This document shows positions 16,533 to 24,199 of a stretch of DNA of 24,199 nt, one piece after another. The stretch's first letter is position 1. Each line of letters starts with the position of its first letter. The DNA is from a virus (lineage: Duplodnaviria > Caudoviricetes), in IMG/VR virus record IMGVR_UViG_3300044676_004015, positions 1 to 24,199 of that record, one strand, 5' to 3'. A program made the position numbers and the translations under genes. Under the pieces are notes generated by a model. The model saw only the letters and a list, made by a program, of their open reading frames with translations. It was not told the origin of the DNA and did no database searches.

Positions 16533-17641
16533 CTTTTTGTTACTACTCTTTCGAGCGGCTAGTCATTTCTGCTAGCTCCCCCTGTTACCAAAGGGTTCGG
16601 ACTATATCTTCAGGAGTGTAATCCTGCGTCACTTCTTTTGTTTTTCCACATTTTGGAATGTGTTTTTCCGGAGCAAATCTTGCTGCAATGCATCGTTAGT
16701 TTTCCTGGTTTACGGGTAAACTCTTTTGAGCATTGTAAGCAATTAAATTTACGATTTTCTTTTTTTTCATCGTAATATTTAACATGAGATTTTCGAAGGG
16801 ATTTTTCATTACAACTATGACAATTTTTAGCTATAGAGAATTTCTTAACTTCAAACTCTTTTGAGCAAGTTACACATGTGACCTTTTTCAAGTCTGTGTA
16901 ATTTTTGTCATTTTCATAAAAAGATGGATCAATTTTTCTTAACATACATGAAGGAACGTATTCCCTTATTATATCAAAAAACTTATCTCTATCTTTTCTC
17001 CTTAATCTCATCCAATAATAGGTTTTCCCATTTGAATTCTTCTTAATAGTTCTGAATGTTACACCAAACTTTTTATGAATCATTCTACATAACAACTCAT
17101 TTTCAACTTGGTTAAACGCATGACTGCATATAAAAGGGTTTCTCCAACCCATTTCTCCAGCCAATACTCCATCATCCATATACCACAAAGCTAACCCAAG
17201 TGGGGTTAAGCATTTCATAACATGCTCTGTAACGGTCTTTCTTTTGTCGTAATACATATGCTCGTATAGCTTATTGTAAAACGGGTGGGAAAGTGTCCTT
17301 ACAATTACATTTGGAAACACTTTATTATTTAATGTTGTTGATGATTCGGTTATTTTAGTCTCATTCAAATAGCTTAGAATATCACGCTTAAATTCAGCGT
17401 ATTCCTTATCCGCTAACTTACTACAAGAGGTAAAATACTGTGTTTTTCTTCCTTTTGTTAAAGAAGGTATACACCCGTCACCTAACATCATACCTATTAC
17501 TGCTCCTTTAAATTCCAATCTGTTCTTAAACATAGTCTCTACACCTTCCTTTTCGGCTTGGCTCGGGATTGTCCTTTACGGAGTTTCCCCGAATTCAGTG
17601 ACATTTTACTACGGCAACCTCTAAGCAGCAAGCTTATCTAT
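16533..17641 (-). mobile_element. Group I self-splicing intron (1109 nt) in the major capsid gene
   Basis: Exon 1 ends UACGGU pairing with IGS GCCGUA (U-G wobble); terminal G at 16533; P10 AACUUU/GAGGUU; P3 GUCACU/AGUGAC; P4 UUCGGG/CCCGAG; P7 GACUA/UAGUC; S element AAGAUAUAGUCC (16599-16610); P9 stems with GNRA loops. Confidence 0.93.
16610..17533 (-). CDS. Intron-encoded LAGLIDADG homing endonuclease with C-terminal Zn-finger-like repeats (307 aa)
   Basis: Motifs VIGMMLGDG and LALWYMDDG; tail CVTCSKEF..CHSC and CLQCSKEF..CSKIC. Confidence 0.92.
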   Translation of the reverse strand: MFKNRLEFKGAVIGMMLGDGCIPSLTKGRKTQYFTSCSKLADKEYAEFKRDILSYLNETKITESSTTLNNKVFPNVIVRTLSHPFYNKLYEHMYYDKRKTVTEHVMKCLTPLGLALWYMDDGVLAGEMGWRNPFICSHAFNQVENELLCRMIHKKFGVTFRTIKKNSNGKTYYWMRLRRKDRDKFFDIIREYVPSCMLRKIDPSFYENDKNYTDLKKVTCVTCSKEFEVKKFSIAKNCHSCNEKSLRKSHVKYYDEKKENRKFNCLQCSKEFTRKPGKLTMHCSKICSGKTHSKMWKNKRSDAGLHS

Positions 17642-17902
17642 ACCGTAAAAATCAACACGTGCTTTGATATCAGTAGCAGAAAGAGCAGCGCCTGGAGGCG
17701 AAACACCATCTACTAGTGGTACTGGCACAGTTGATAATCTTGCATAACGACGGAAAACGATTGTATCGCCTTCTTTCTTTGGTAGTACCCTTTTTTGTGC
17801 AAATTTTGTGTGAATAAGCTGAGGGTACGCGGTCATCAATAATAGACGATCGTAGTATTCTCTTACTGCCGGTGGCAAAGTTGCGACATCTGTAATAGCC
17901 AT
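17642..17902 (-). CDS. Major capsid protein, N4-gp56 family, exon 1 (87 aa; spliced product 313 aa)
   Basis: YYDRLLL..LPKKEGDTIVFRRY..LVDGVSP..FYG joins in frame to NFVTITNQV; AAGGA RBS. Confidence 0.9.
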
Positions 17903-17925
17903 AACTAAATTCCTTATGTTGTTAG

Positions 17926-18597
17926 TTAAAATCTACCCAGGTTTTTATTCGCCATCTTCATAAAGTCTGCATCAGACATGTTCCTTATACCGCTTACTTT
18001 GGACTGTGGTGCTGACATTCCCACCGATGATAAACTTCCAGCCTTTTGGCCGTTTTCAACTATGCGTTGAGCATCGGAGGATTTTTTTGCAGCTCTATTG
18101 GTTTCCCTATAGTTCTCACTGTTTTTAGCAAGAAAGTACGCAAGCTCATATCGATTATCATCCTTTTGAAGAGTCGTTTTCAAAGCTGGATTCTTTTTAA
18201 TTACATCAGGCAAATACTGTGTAACTATCTCGTTGTAATCGGGATACTTTTGTTGAACACGTAACTCATCAACGCTGGTTTTATAATCAGTTTTGATTTG
18301 CCCAAGAAATTTCTTAGCCTCTCTAACTGTTAAAACATCATCATCTTGCAAACCGTCCATTTCAGGCTCCTTAACGGCCGGCTCTGATTGATTGGCTTGC
18401 ATAAGCGACACGTGGTCTTGAAGCATCTTCATTTGCTCTTGAAGTTGTTGACGTTCACGCCTTTCAGCTTGTAAAGCTGTCACTGGAACCATATCTGGTG
18501 ACTGCTCCGCTTGTGGCTGTTCCTGCAAACTAACTTCCGAATCGGCGGCATTCGCAACTTCGCCCGTAATTTCTACTTCGTGGTGTTCTTGTTCCAT
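17926..18597 (-). CDS. Capsid scaffolding protein (223 aa)
   Basis: Acidic N-terminus, VPVTALQAERRERQQLQ coiled coil, C-terminal MSDADF helix; immediately upstream of the capsid gene. Confidence 0.75.
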   Translation of the reverse strand: MEQEHHEVEITGEVANAADSEVSLQEQPQAEQSPDMVPVTALQAERRERQQLQEQMKMLQDHVSLMQANQSEPAVKEPEMDGLQDDDVLTVREAKKFLGQIKTDYKTSVDELRVQQKYPDYNEIVTQYLPDVIKKNPALKTTLQKDDNRYELAYFLAKNSENYRETNRAAKKSSDAQRIVENGQKAGSLSSVGMSAPQSKVSGIRNMSDADFMKMANKNLGRF

Positions 18598-18630
18598 ATG
18601 TGTAGTTCCTTCGCCCTTAAGATGGCGGCT

Positions 18631-19005
18631 CTATAGTCGATTATAGACATACGCATTTGCTATATCTTTACGTCCAGTTTGAACAACAGGCGCTTCTTGC
18701 AAACCTATGTGTGGTGCTAAACGTTCAAGATCAATTGGCATGTCATGTACATTTACTTGTGTATCTACAACTTCCCCATCTTTAACTTCTAAAATTATTG
18801 TGCCTAATAAGGCTTTGGGTTTTGTGTCGTAGTCTTTTATTAAACGAACCAGAACGTACTCTCCCGTGTCCATTTTCATTTTGGTCGGCTTGTGGTGTAT
18901 AACAATCCAATAATGGCCTTTAGGTCTTCGATTCAAGATGTCTTCGACAGCTTGGTTATCGGCCCTTGCCATTTCTTGTACGGTCTCACCTATCTCTTGC
19001 ACCAT
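18631..19005 (-). CDS. Hypothetical phage protein (124 aa)
   Basis: Clean ORF with GAGG RBS between portal and scaffold. Confidence 0.7.
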   Translation of the reverse strand: MVQEIGETVQEMARADNQAVEDILNRRPKGHYWIVIHHKPTKMKMDTGEYVLVRLIKDYDTKPKALLGTIILEVKDGEVVDTQVNVHDMPIDLERLAPHIGLQEAPVVQTGRKDIANAYVYNRL

Positions 19006-19014
19006 TGTTAACCT

Positions 19015-19185
19015 CTAATGCTTGTAATCATGTGCTTTATCTGAATACCCTTTTTTGCATGACTTAAGGGGCTGTAAACGTCCCATGTCATACTTTTGAG
19101 AATCTGGCTTGATTTCCTTAGTATTACCATGATTTTTCATGATTTCACCGGCCTTCATGCCCATCATTTTTTTATAGTCTTTCAT
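19015..19185 (-). CDS. Small basic hypothetical protein (56 aa)
   Basis: ATG 19185 with AGAGGT RBS overlapping the portal 3' end; MKDYKKMMGMKAGE... The longer track start is unlikely. Confidence 0.6.
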   Translation of the reverse strand: MKDYKKMMGMKAGEIMKNHGNTKEIKPDSQKYDMGRLQPLKSCKKGYSDKAHDYKH

Positions 19186-21244
19186 CTGAAACCTCTTGGT
19201 TGTTTGAATTTCCCATTTCTGGGGATTGCGGAGTTCTTGCACCTGCATCAGAAATCATTACGTTGTCTGACTTTAGCTTCTCTTCTTCCAATCTATTTTG
19301 ATTTCTAAGCATTTCGGTTAAAACAAGCTCTTCTTTAGCATTCCTTAAATCCATCTCTTCCAATTCTTTAATTGCTTTAACTTGATCAAGAACAGCTTGT
19401 GTTGAGTTCTGCACTGACTCGCTAGCGCGTTCATCTGAGAGGCCCATATTCGCAACCGATCGTGTAAAGCGCTCTTTAGCTCCAGCCACCTGTTGTAACG
19501 ACTGAGATTGTGCAAGTTCCATTTGAGCCTGCAATAGCTTGTCTTGAGTTTCTTGCTGTAATGCTGCCGATTCTGCTTGTGCTTTTTGGAATTTATCCAT
19601 CTCTTCATAGTATTCGGACTTCCCTTGTATTGGAGCAGCTTTAGCAAGCAGACCTGGAGGTATCGGCTCACCTAGTTGTTTTAAGTCTAACAATTGTCTA
19701 AAGAATACTTGTCGTTGTGTATCAGTTAGCACGCCCTCTTGAACTGCACAATCGTACTTAGTAAATTCGTTGTTATAGAACTCTTCAGTAGGTTCTTGAT
19801 TAATAATTCTTTGTACTTTTTGAGGAGTCCATTGCTGAATTAGTTTTAAAGCTTTTTGTGACATGTACTTTTGAGAAAAGCGCAAGTTGTCGAAAACATC
19901 TTGTAAGTTAGTTAGTGCTGCACCTTGTCTAAGCATTGTAAGCACACCACTTTCATTACCCGATTCCATTACACCGAAAGCAGCATCATTAACACCGGCA
20001 ATTTCCTTAATATCAGCATCGAATTGCTGTTGAAGTTGAAACATAGATGGTGGGATTTGAGCGGGTGGTATCTTTTCGATTGAACCCGGTGCAGCGTCTC
20101 TAGCGCGCCAAATAACTTTACCCTGTGAAGACTGGAATAGGCTGCGTGGATTAACAACCGATCCTTCCGTTGCTATGTAACCCGAATTAATTTGACTATC
20201 AAGCAAATCCGTCATTTGGCTACGACGCTTGTTAGCTTCCCTTTGAGGGTCTATCATACAACGTATTAGGGATTGGGTCTTTAAGCTCCAATCGTCGCTC
20301 TCAGGCTCCCAGATTGCCGTGAACGGTACAAACGGATACTCATCCAATCCATAAGGATTAATATCCTCTCTCATTACTTCGTCGTTAACTATAACAACGC
20401 GTTCCACGTATTTTTTTTGTCGTGTAGAAAGCTCAAAACTTGGATTAATTGCCTTTAACTGTTGAAAAAGACCATCCCCAGCATCCCAATCTCTAAATTC
20501 ACCCGTTTCCATATCAACAAGAATTTCCTGTTGTTCCCACTTTTGACGGTAGAATTCGTTATAGGCCATAAGCTCTTGACCGGCTGGCTGCCTTTGGTAT
20601 GGTAGCCAAGTAAACTTGTCATCCCTTGACCAACCGCACTGTTGAAGTCTATAAACGTCCTTTTCTTGACCAGGAAGTAATGAAGCAACCAAATCAGCAC
20701 TTAAGTATTTTCTTCGCATAATGTATGCACAATCAGAAAAATCAAGCTTAGTTAGATAAGGGTCTGTGATAAAACCTGACCACGGCTCACGGCTAAACTT
20801 AATATCTCCATTGATGGGATCATCTCTGTAATCCATCCAAATAGATGCTAAATTCCACCCTGTTTTACAAGCTCCACCAAAACAATCAGAAATAGTTCGA
20901 TAGCCGTCACCGTAATTCATTACGTGCAACATACACTGTGAAAGTTGATCCGCTGTCTTTTGATCGGAATTTTCTACGGGTGCCACAACCGAAGAAAGCC
21001 TATGCTGTCGCTGGTATCCCGTTATCATGTTAACAACGGGTCTTATACGGTTGAAAACAAAAGTGTTTCTACCTTCGGAGTGTAATGCGCGCTTTTCAGT
21101 TTCATCCCACTGATCGCCTAAAAAAAACCGTAAATCCTTATCCGCTTGAGGATAAAAAGAATCCCACGCAAGATAAGCGTCCTCATATGAATCGTTAAAA
21201 TCACTAAGAAGACTTCTATCACTTTTGTTGTATTTACTAGACAA
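19172..21244 (-). CDS. Portal protein, P22-like (about 690 aa)
   Basis: FFLGDQW, FNRIRPVVNMITGYQ, YPFVPF, DPQREANKRRS, ESG motifs and a C-terminal coiled-coil barrel. Likely start is TTG 21244 (GGAG 6 nt upstream). Confidence 0.9.
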   Translation of the reverse strand: MSSKYNKSDRSLLSDFNDSYEDAYLAWDSFYPQADKDLRFFLGDQWDETEKRALHSEGRNTFVFNRIRPVVNMITGYQRQHRLSSVVAPVENSDQKTADQLSQCMLHVMNYGDGYRTISDCFGGACKTGWNLASIWMDYRDDPINGDIKFSREPWSGFITDPYLTKLDFSDCAYIMRRKYLSADLVASLLPGQEKDVYRLQQCGWSRDDKFTWLPYQRQPAGQELMAYNEFYRQKWEQQEILVDMETGEFRDWDAGDGLFQQLKAINPSFELSTRQKKYVERVVIVNDEVMREDINPYGLDEYPFVPFTAIWEPESDDWSLKTQSLIRCMIDPQREANKRRSQMTDLLDSQINSGYIATEGSVVNPRSLFQSSQGKVIWRARDAAPGSIEKIPPAQIPPSMFQLQQQFDADIKEIAGVNDAAFGVMESGNESGVLTMLRQGAALTNLQDVFDNLRFSQKYMSQKALKLIQQWTPQKVQRIINQEPTEEFYNNEFTKYDCAVQEGVLTDTQRQVFFRQLLDLKQLGEPIPPGLLAKAAPIQGKSEYYEEMDKFQKAQAESAALQQETQDKLLQAQMELAQSQSLQQVAGAKERFTRSVANMGLSDERASESVQNSTQAVLDQVKAIKELEEMDLRNAKEELVLTEMLRNQNRLEEEKLKSDNVMISDAGARTPQSPEMGNSNNQEVSDERL

Positions 21245-21376
21245 TAGTAACTCCAAATGTAAAGCGCTTTTACATCTTAAATTTCAGAGTTACCTTCTTA
21301 TGAAACTAACCCTATGTGTTTTGCTAAAAAACAAAGACTTTGTGCAGTGGTGATGCATCTTTGCTTTTTTTAAACT

Positions 21377-22723
21377 CTAATAGCTTTTGCTATATAAAGT
21401 TTCCATTCTATTTGCTTCCTCTTCAGTCATCCTGGACCGTTTTGCAGTATTGTGGGCCACGCCAAGGTATCTTAACGCATCATTATAATGCGAACTCCAG
21501 TCGTGGAGTGGCTTATCAGAGAAAACATTCAATTTTTCATTGTAACGGTAGTGGTAATTTTCTATACACTTAAGTAAATACATACAGTTTTTTTTGTCTA
21601 TCCAAAGTTTATGAAATATTGATCGAACTGCTGTAATTCCTTCATGTATTGACAAGTTTGGCACTATTTCAAAGTTAATACCTAAGTCCCTTGCTTTTTC
21701 TAAACGAGTTATCGCTCCGCCTGCCCACTCCCTAACTTGAATATCATGAGGTGCATGATGAGTCCCGTAATTCCATAAACCGGCCTGTTTTTTTTCTTCT
21801 AAAATTCGTACATAATGTTCTAATCCCTCACCTTCAGCCGAATAAGAATCTATTATGCGAATTTCCTGCCCCACAGTTTGTGCAAATATAATCGTAGTAG
21901 CATCAGAAACACCTATATCCCAATAAGTATCGACTAAAGCAAAGGGATCGAACCGTACGCTGCATATACGCTCATCTTTTTCCATAGTTTCGAAGTACTT
22001 GCCATAAACCGAACCCTCAACGCCCTTATTAAAATCACAATAATACTCTTGCTGAATGAGAATCTCACTCATCCCTTCTTGTCTTTCTTTTTCTATATCT
22101 TCATCTGTTATTACGCCTGTATCTTTTATCGAAAGCTTTTGACAAAACCAATCAGGATTATCTTTTGCCATTAAATATAAATCATAGGCGTGGTTTCTAC
22201 CTCTAGGCGTTGTGTTAAATATTGCCCACCCACCATTTTCACGCAAAATTGGTCTTACAAACTCCCAGCTTTTTGGGTCTTGTAAAGCAAACTCAGAGAA
22301 AGCACAACCTATAGGGTTAATACCTACATTTAAAATCTTATCCGTTCCCATGATTTGAATAATCGAACCGTTAACAAGTTCTATCTTCATTTCAACAGAA
22401 TTCTCAGACTTAATTAACTCTTTAGGGATATAATCAATAAAACGCTTTCCATCTTTATTCGAACCGTCCCATAAAATACGCTTTCCTAATCTTGACGTTG
22501 GAAAAAAGTAACAATACGTACCAACACGATCGCAAATGGCTTCACGTATCATGTAATTCCAACAGATAATTTCCTTTCCAGCCCTGCGATGATGAATTAA
22601 AACCGCACGCTTAATACCAGAATCCATCGCCTCAAAAAAAGGCAATTGATAATCACGTGGTACTAAATCAGGAAGTCTTATTATCTTTTGATCCGTCTGT
22701 TTTTGCGAAGGTGACTTTTTCAA
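21377..22723 (-). CDS. terL: Terminase large subunit (448 aa)
   Basis: PRDYQ, Walker A HRRAGKE, Walker B CAFSEF, coupling motif TTPRG, nuclease WDIGVSD and HYNDALRY. TTG start with GGTGG RBS. Confidence 0.93.
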   Translation of the reverse strand: MKKSPSQKQTDQKIIRLPDLVPRDYQLPFFEAMDSGIKRAVLIHHRRAGKEIICWNYMIREAICDRVGTYCYFFPTSRLGKRILWDGSNKDGKRFIDYIPKELIKSENSVEMKIELVNGSIIQIMGTDKILNVGINPIGCAFSEFALQDPKSWEFVRPILRENGGWAIFNTTPRGRNHAYDLYLMAKDNPDWFCQKLSIKDTGVITDEDIEKERQEGMSEILIQQEYYCDFNKGVEGSVYGKYFETMEKDERICSVRFDPFALVDTYWDIGVSDATTIIFAQTVGQEIRIIDSYSAEGEGLEHYVRILEEKKQAGLWNYGTHHAPHDIQVREWAGGAITRLEKARDLGINFEIVPNLSIHEGITAVRSIFHKLWIDKKNCMYLLKCIENYHYRYNEKLNVFSDKPLHDWSSHYNDALRYLGVAHNTAKRSRMTEEEANRMETLYSKSY

Positions 22724-23132
22724 CTGTTATTCCACCCGAATGTTCGATTTTCTGTGTAGGTTCTTCATAGTCGATGTATTTTCCCCACTTATTAAGAATA
22801 TCCATAAGCAAGGTTACCGATGTTTTTTCACCGTTCTTTTTCAATATGCTATTTGGTGTAAACGCTAAATATTTAGCTCTATCAAGTGCGATTAACGCCA
22901 CGCGCTTTTTAATCCTATCGGGATATTCTTGAAGCTCGTATTTCTTAACCCAGTTATAAAACGTTGAAAATGAAACACCAAGGTTAGCCGCTGCTTGCGT
23001 TATGCTACCCATAGAATCCTCTATCATTTCTTCAACTTGCTTCTTAGAATACGGTGTAAGACCTTGCTTTTTAGGCGGAGACTTTGCTTTTTTTGGCTTA
23101 GCTGCCTTTGGATCTTTCTTTTTTGCCATCAT
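22668..23132 (-). CDS. terS: Terminase small subunit (HTH-containing, 154 aa)
   Basis: HTH SITQAAANLGVSFSTFYNW, C-terminal KIEHSGGI; overlaps the terL start. Confidence 0.75.
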   Translation of the reverse strand: MMAKKKDPKAAKPKKAKSPPKKQGLTPYSKKQVEEMIEDSMGSITQAAANLGVSFSTFYNWVKKYELQEYPDRIKKRVALIALDRAKYLAFTPNSILKKNGEKTSVTLLMDILNKWGKYIDYEEPTQKIEHSGGITVEKVTFAKTDGSKDNKTS

Positions 23133-23181
23133 GTGTTCCTATGTTTCGCGCTTTTTGTGGTGTGCGCTCTACTTTTGTATA

Positions 23182-24198
23182 CTATGTTCGCTTTTTGTTC
23201 GCCTTATTAAATATTTCAGAATCGACTTCCAAACCGTTACGCTTAACTACGCAATCCCGCCCATTCTTTTTTCTATACTCTACCCAACGCTTTACTATAA
23301 CATCGCAATAGTTCGGGGATAATTCCATCATGAAACATTTACGCTTGGTTTGCTCACAGGCGATTAACGTACTGCCTGAACCTCCGAATAGGTCTAATAT
23401 ATTCTGGCCCTTGTTACTTGAATGTTGTATTGCGTGAACTACTAAAGAAACTGGCTTCATTGTTGGATGTAAATCGCAAACTGCAACCTTTGACATGTCC
23501 CAAGTAGAAAGAGCGTGGCCTTCTTTTGGAAAATTGAAAATGTGTTTTCCTCTTGTAGCATAACAGATAAGCTCCGTGTTCCAAGTCCAGTGACGCTTCA
23601 TAAGAGAGGGCATGGGATTTGTTTTTGCCCACACGCAATAGCTATGATGGTTTGACCAAGAAGCCATCCATTTCCAAATATCGGGGGCTAAATGGTGGCT
23701 TGTACAAATATTTACCGAACAGTCTTCTTTTAAAAAAGGAAGGGCTGTATCAAGAAATTCTACAATATTAAAGTTTTTGTCCCATTCAGAGGCCTTTAAT
23801 TTTCCTGCCATTTTATTGTTACTATCTGCGGCCACTAATTTATTTTCACTAGCTAGATTGTATGGTGGGTCGGTAAACATGAAACTAGCTTTCTTTCCGT
23901 TCATTAGCTTCTCAACGTCGGTAATACTTACCGAATCCCCACACATGAGACGGTGTTCACCTAATTCATAGATATCGCCCTTTTTAGTCTCTGGCTCTTT
24001 AGGCGGTTCGGGCGCATCATCGTCGCCCTCTTCCGATTCTATTTCCTCTACTACCGTGGGATTAAAACCGCCCATTTCTTCGGGCGTAAAACCAGAATCC
24101 ACCAAAACGTTTGGATCGTAGTAGTTCGCTAGCATATCAATATCAAAATCAGCTTGAACTTTGTTGTCGCGCAAGTTAATACGCAAAGCCTCTTCATC
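23182..24198 (-). CDS. DNA N6-adenine/N4-cytosine methyltransferase (beta class, probably ParB-fused); 5'-truncated by the window edge
   Basis: LGEHRLMCGDS, FTDPPY, HPTMKP, ILDLFGGSGSTLIA; frame open to the window edge; typical position upstream of terS. Confidence 0.92.
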   Translation of the reverse strand, partial: DEEALRINLRDNKVQADFDIDMLANYYDPNVLVDSGFTPEEMGGFNPTVVEEIESEEGDDDAPEPPKEPETKKGDIYELGEHRLMCGDSVSITDVEKLMNGKKASFMFTDPPYNLASENKLVAADSNNKMAGKLKASEWDKNFNIVEFLDTALPFLKEDCSVNICTSHHLAPDIWKWMASWSNHHSYCVWAKTNPMPSLMKRHWTWNTELICYATRGKHIFNFPKEGHALSTWDMSKVAVCDLHPTMKPVSLVVHAIQHSSNKGQNILDLFGGSGSTLIACEQTKRKCFMMELSPNYCDVIVKRWVEYRKKNGRDCVVKRNGLEVDSEIFNKANKKRT

Positions 24199-24199
24199 G

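Noticed and set aside
15852-17902. Capsid gene as a pseudogene or two separate genes
   Set aside because: A complete group I structure is present and splicing gives an exact in-frame join.
18704-18717. GCACCACACATAGG inside the 124-aa gene, resembling the intergenic motif
   Set aside because: It lies in coding sequence (APHIG) without a convincing flanking stem; it may be chance, so it was not counted.
22668-22723. Programmed frameshift fusing terS to terL
   Set aside because: terL is in the +1 frame, there is no in-frame slippery heptamer, and TTG 22723 has a GGTGG RBS.
753-23971. Plus-strand and nested ORFs in the track (e.g. 753-1181, 3515-3841, 6373-6813, 12386-12724, 16213-16455, 23002-23322)
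   Set aside because: They are antisense or off-frame shadows of well-supported genes, with no recognisable motifs.
23182-24198. Methyltransferase as part of a restriction-modification or defence system
   Set aside because: No cognate nuclease is visible in the window, and orphan ParB-type methyltransferases upstream of terS are common in phages.
1-24199. CRISPR array, tRNA/rRNA, integrase, lysis genes, tape measure, diversity-generating retroelement, alternative genetic code
   Set aside because: None was visible on reading; long ORFs translate cleanly with the standard code and use all three stop codons.
1-24199. Host assignment and prophage versus free phage status
   Set aside because: No host genes or attachment sites are in the window; this needs homology or spacer searches that I cannot run.

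Overview
Virion-morphogenesis operon of a tailed phage or prophage with podovirus-like (P22/N4-type) gene order, almost entirely on the minus strand. In transcription order: partial ParB-type DNA methyltransferase, small and large terminase, P22-like portal, two small genes, scaffold, N4-gp56-family major capsid, probable decoration protein, adaptor, small tail protein, nozzle, needle-position protein, GNAT-like assembly protein, three putative ejection proteins, a counter-oriented RHH regulator cassette, and tail/fibre genes. Three homing-endonuclease parasites sit in structural genes, each with a different repair route. (1) A group I intron with a LAGLIDADG ORF splits the major capsid gene (16533-17641). 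(2) A 334-aa LAGLIDADG intein sits in the tail fibre (1097-2098). (3) A free-standing HNH-type gene appears to have captured the original first 10 codons of the nozzle gene and is followed by a second, silently recoded copy of that N-terminus. Other points of interest: a recurrent YACCAY-loop hairpin motif in five intergenic spacers; a leaderless RHH gene with a palindromic promoter followed by an unannotated 18-aa membrane peptide; an S74 autocleaving chaperone domain on an ejection-type protein; FCCH-like repeats; and a probable frameshift in the GNAT gene. All calls come from reading the sequence by eye; no searches were run.
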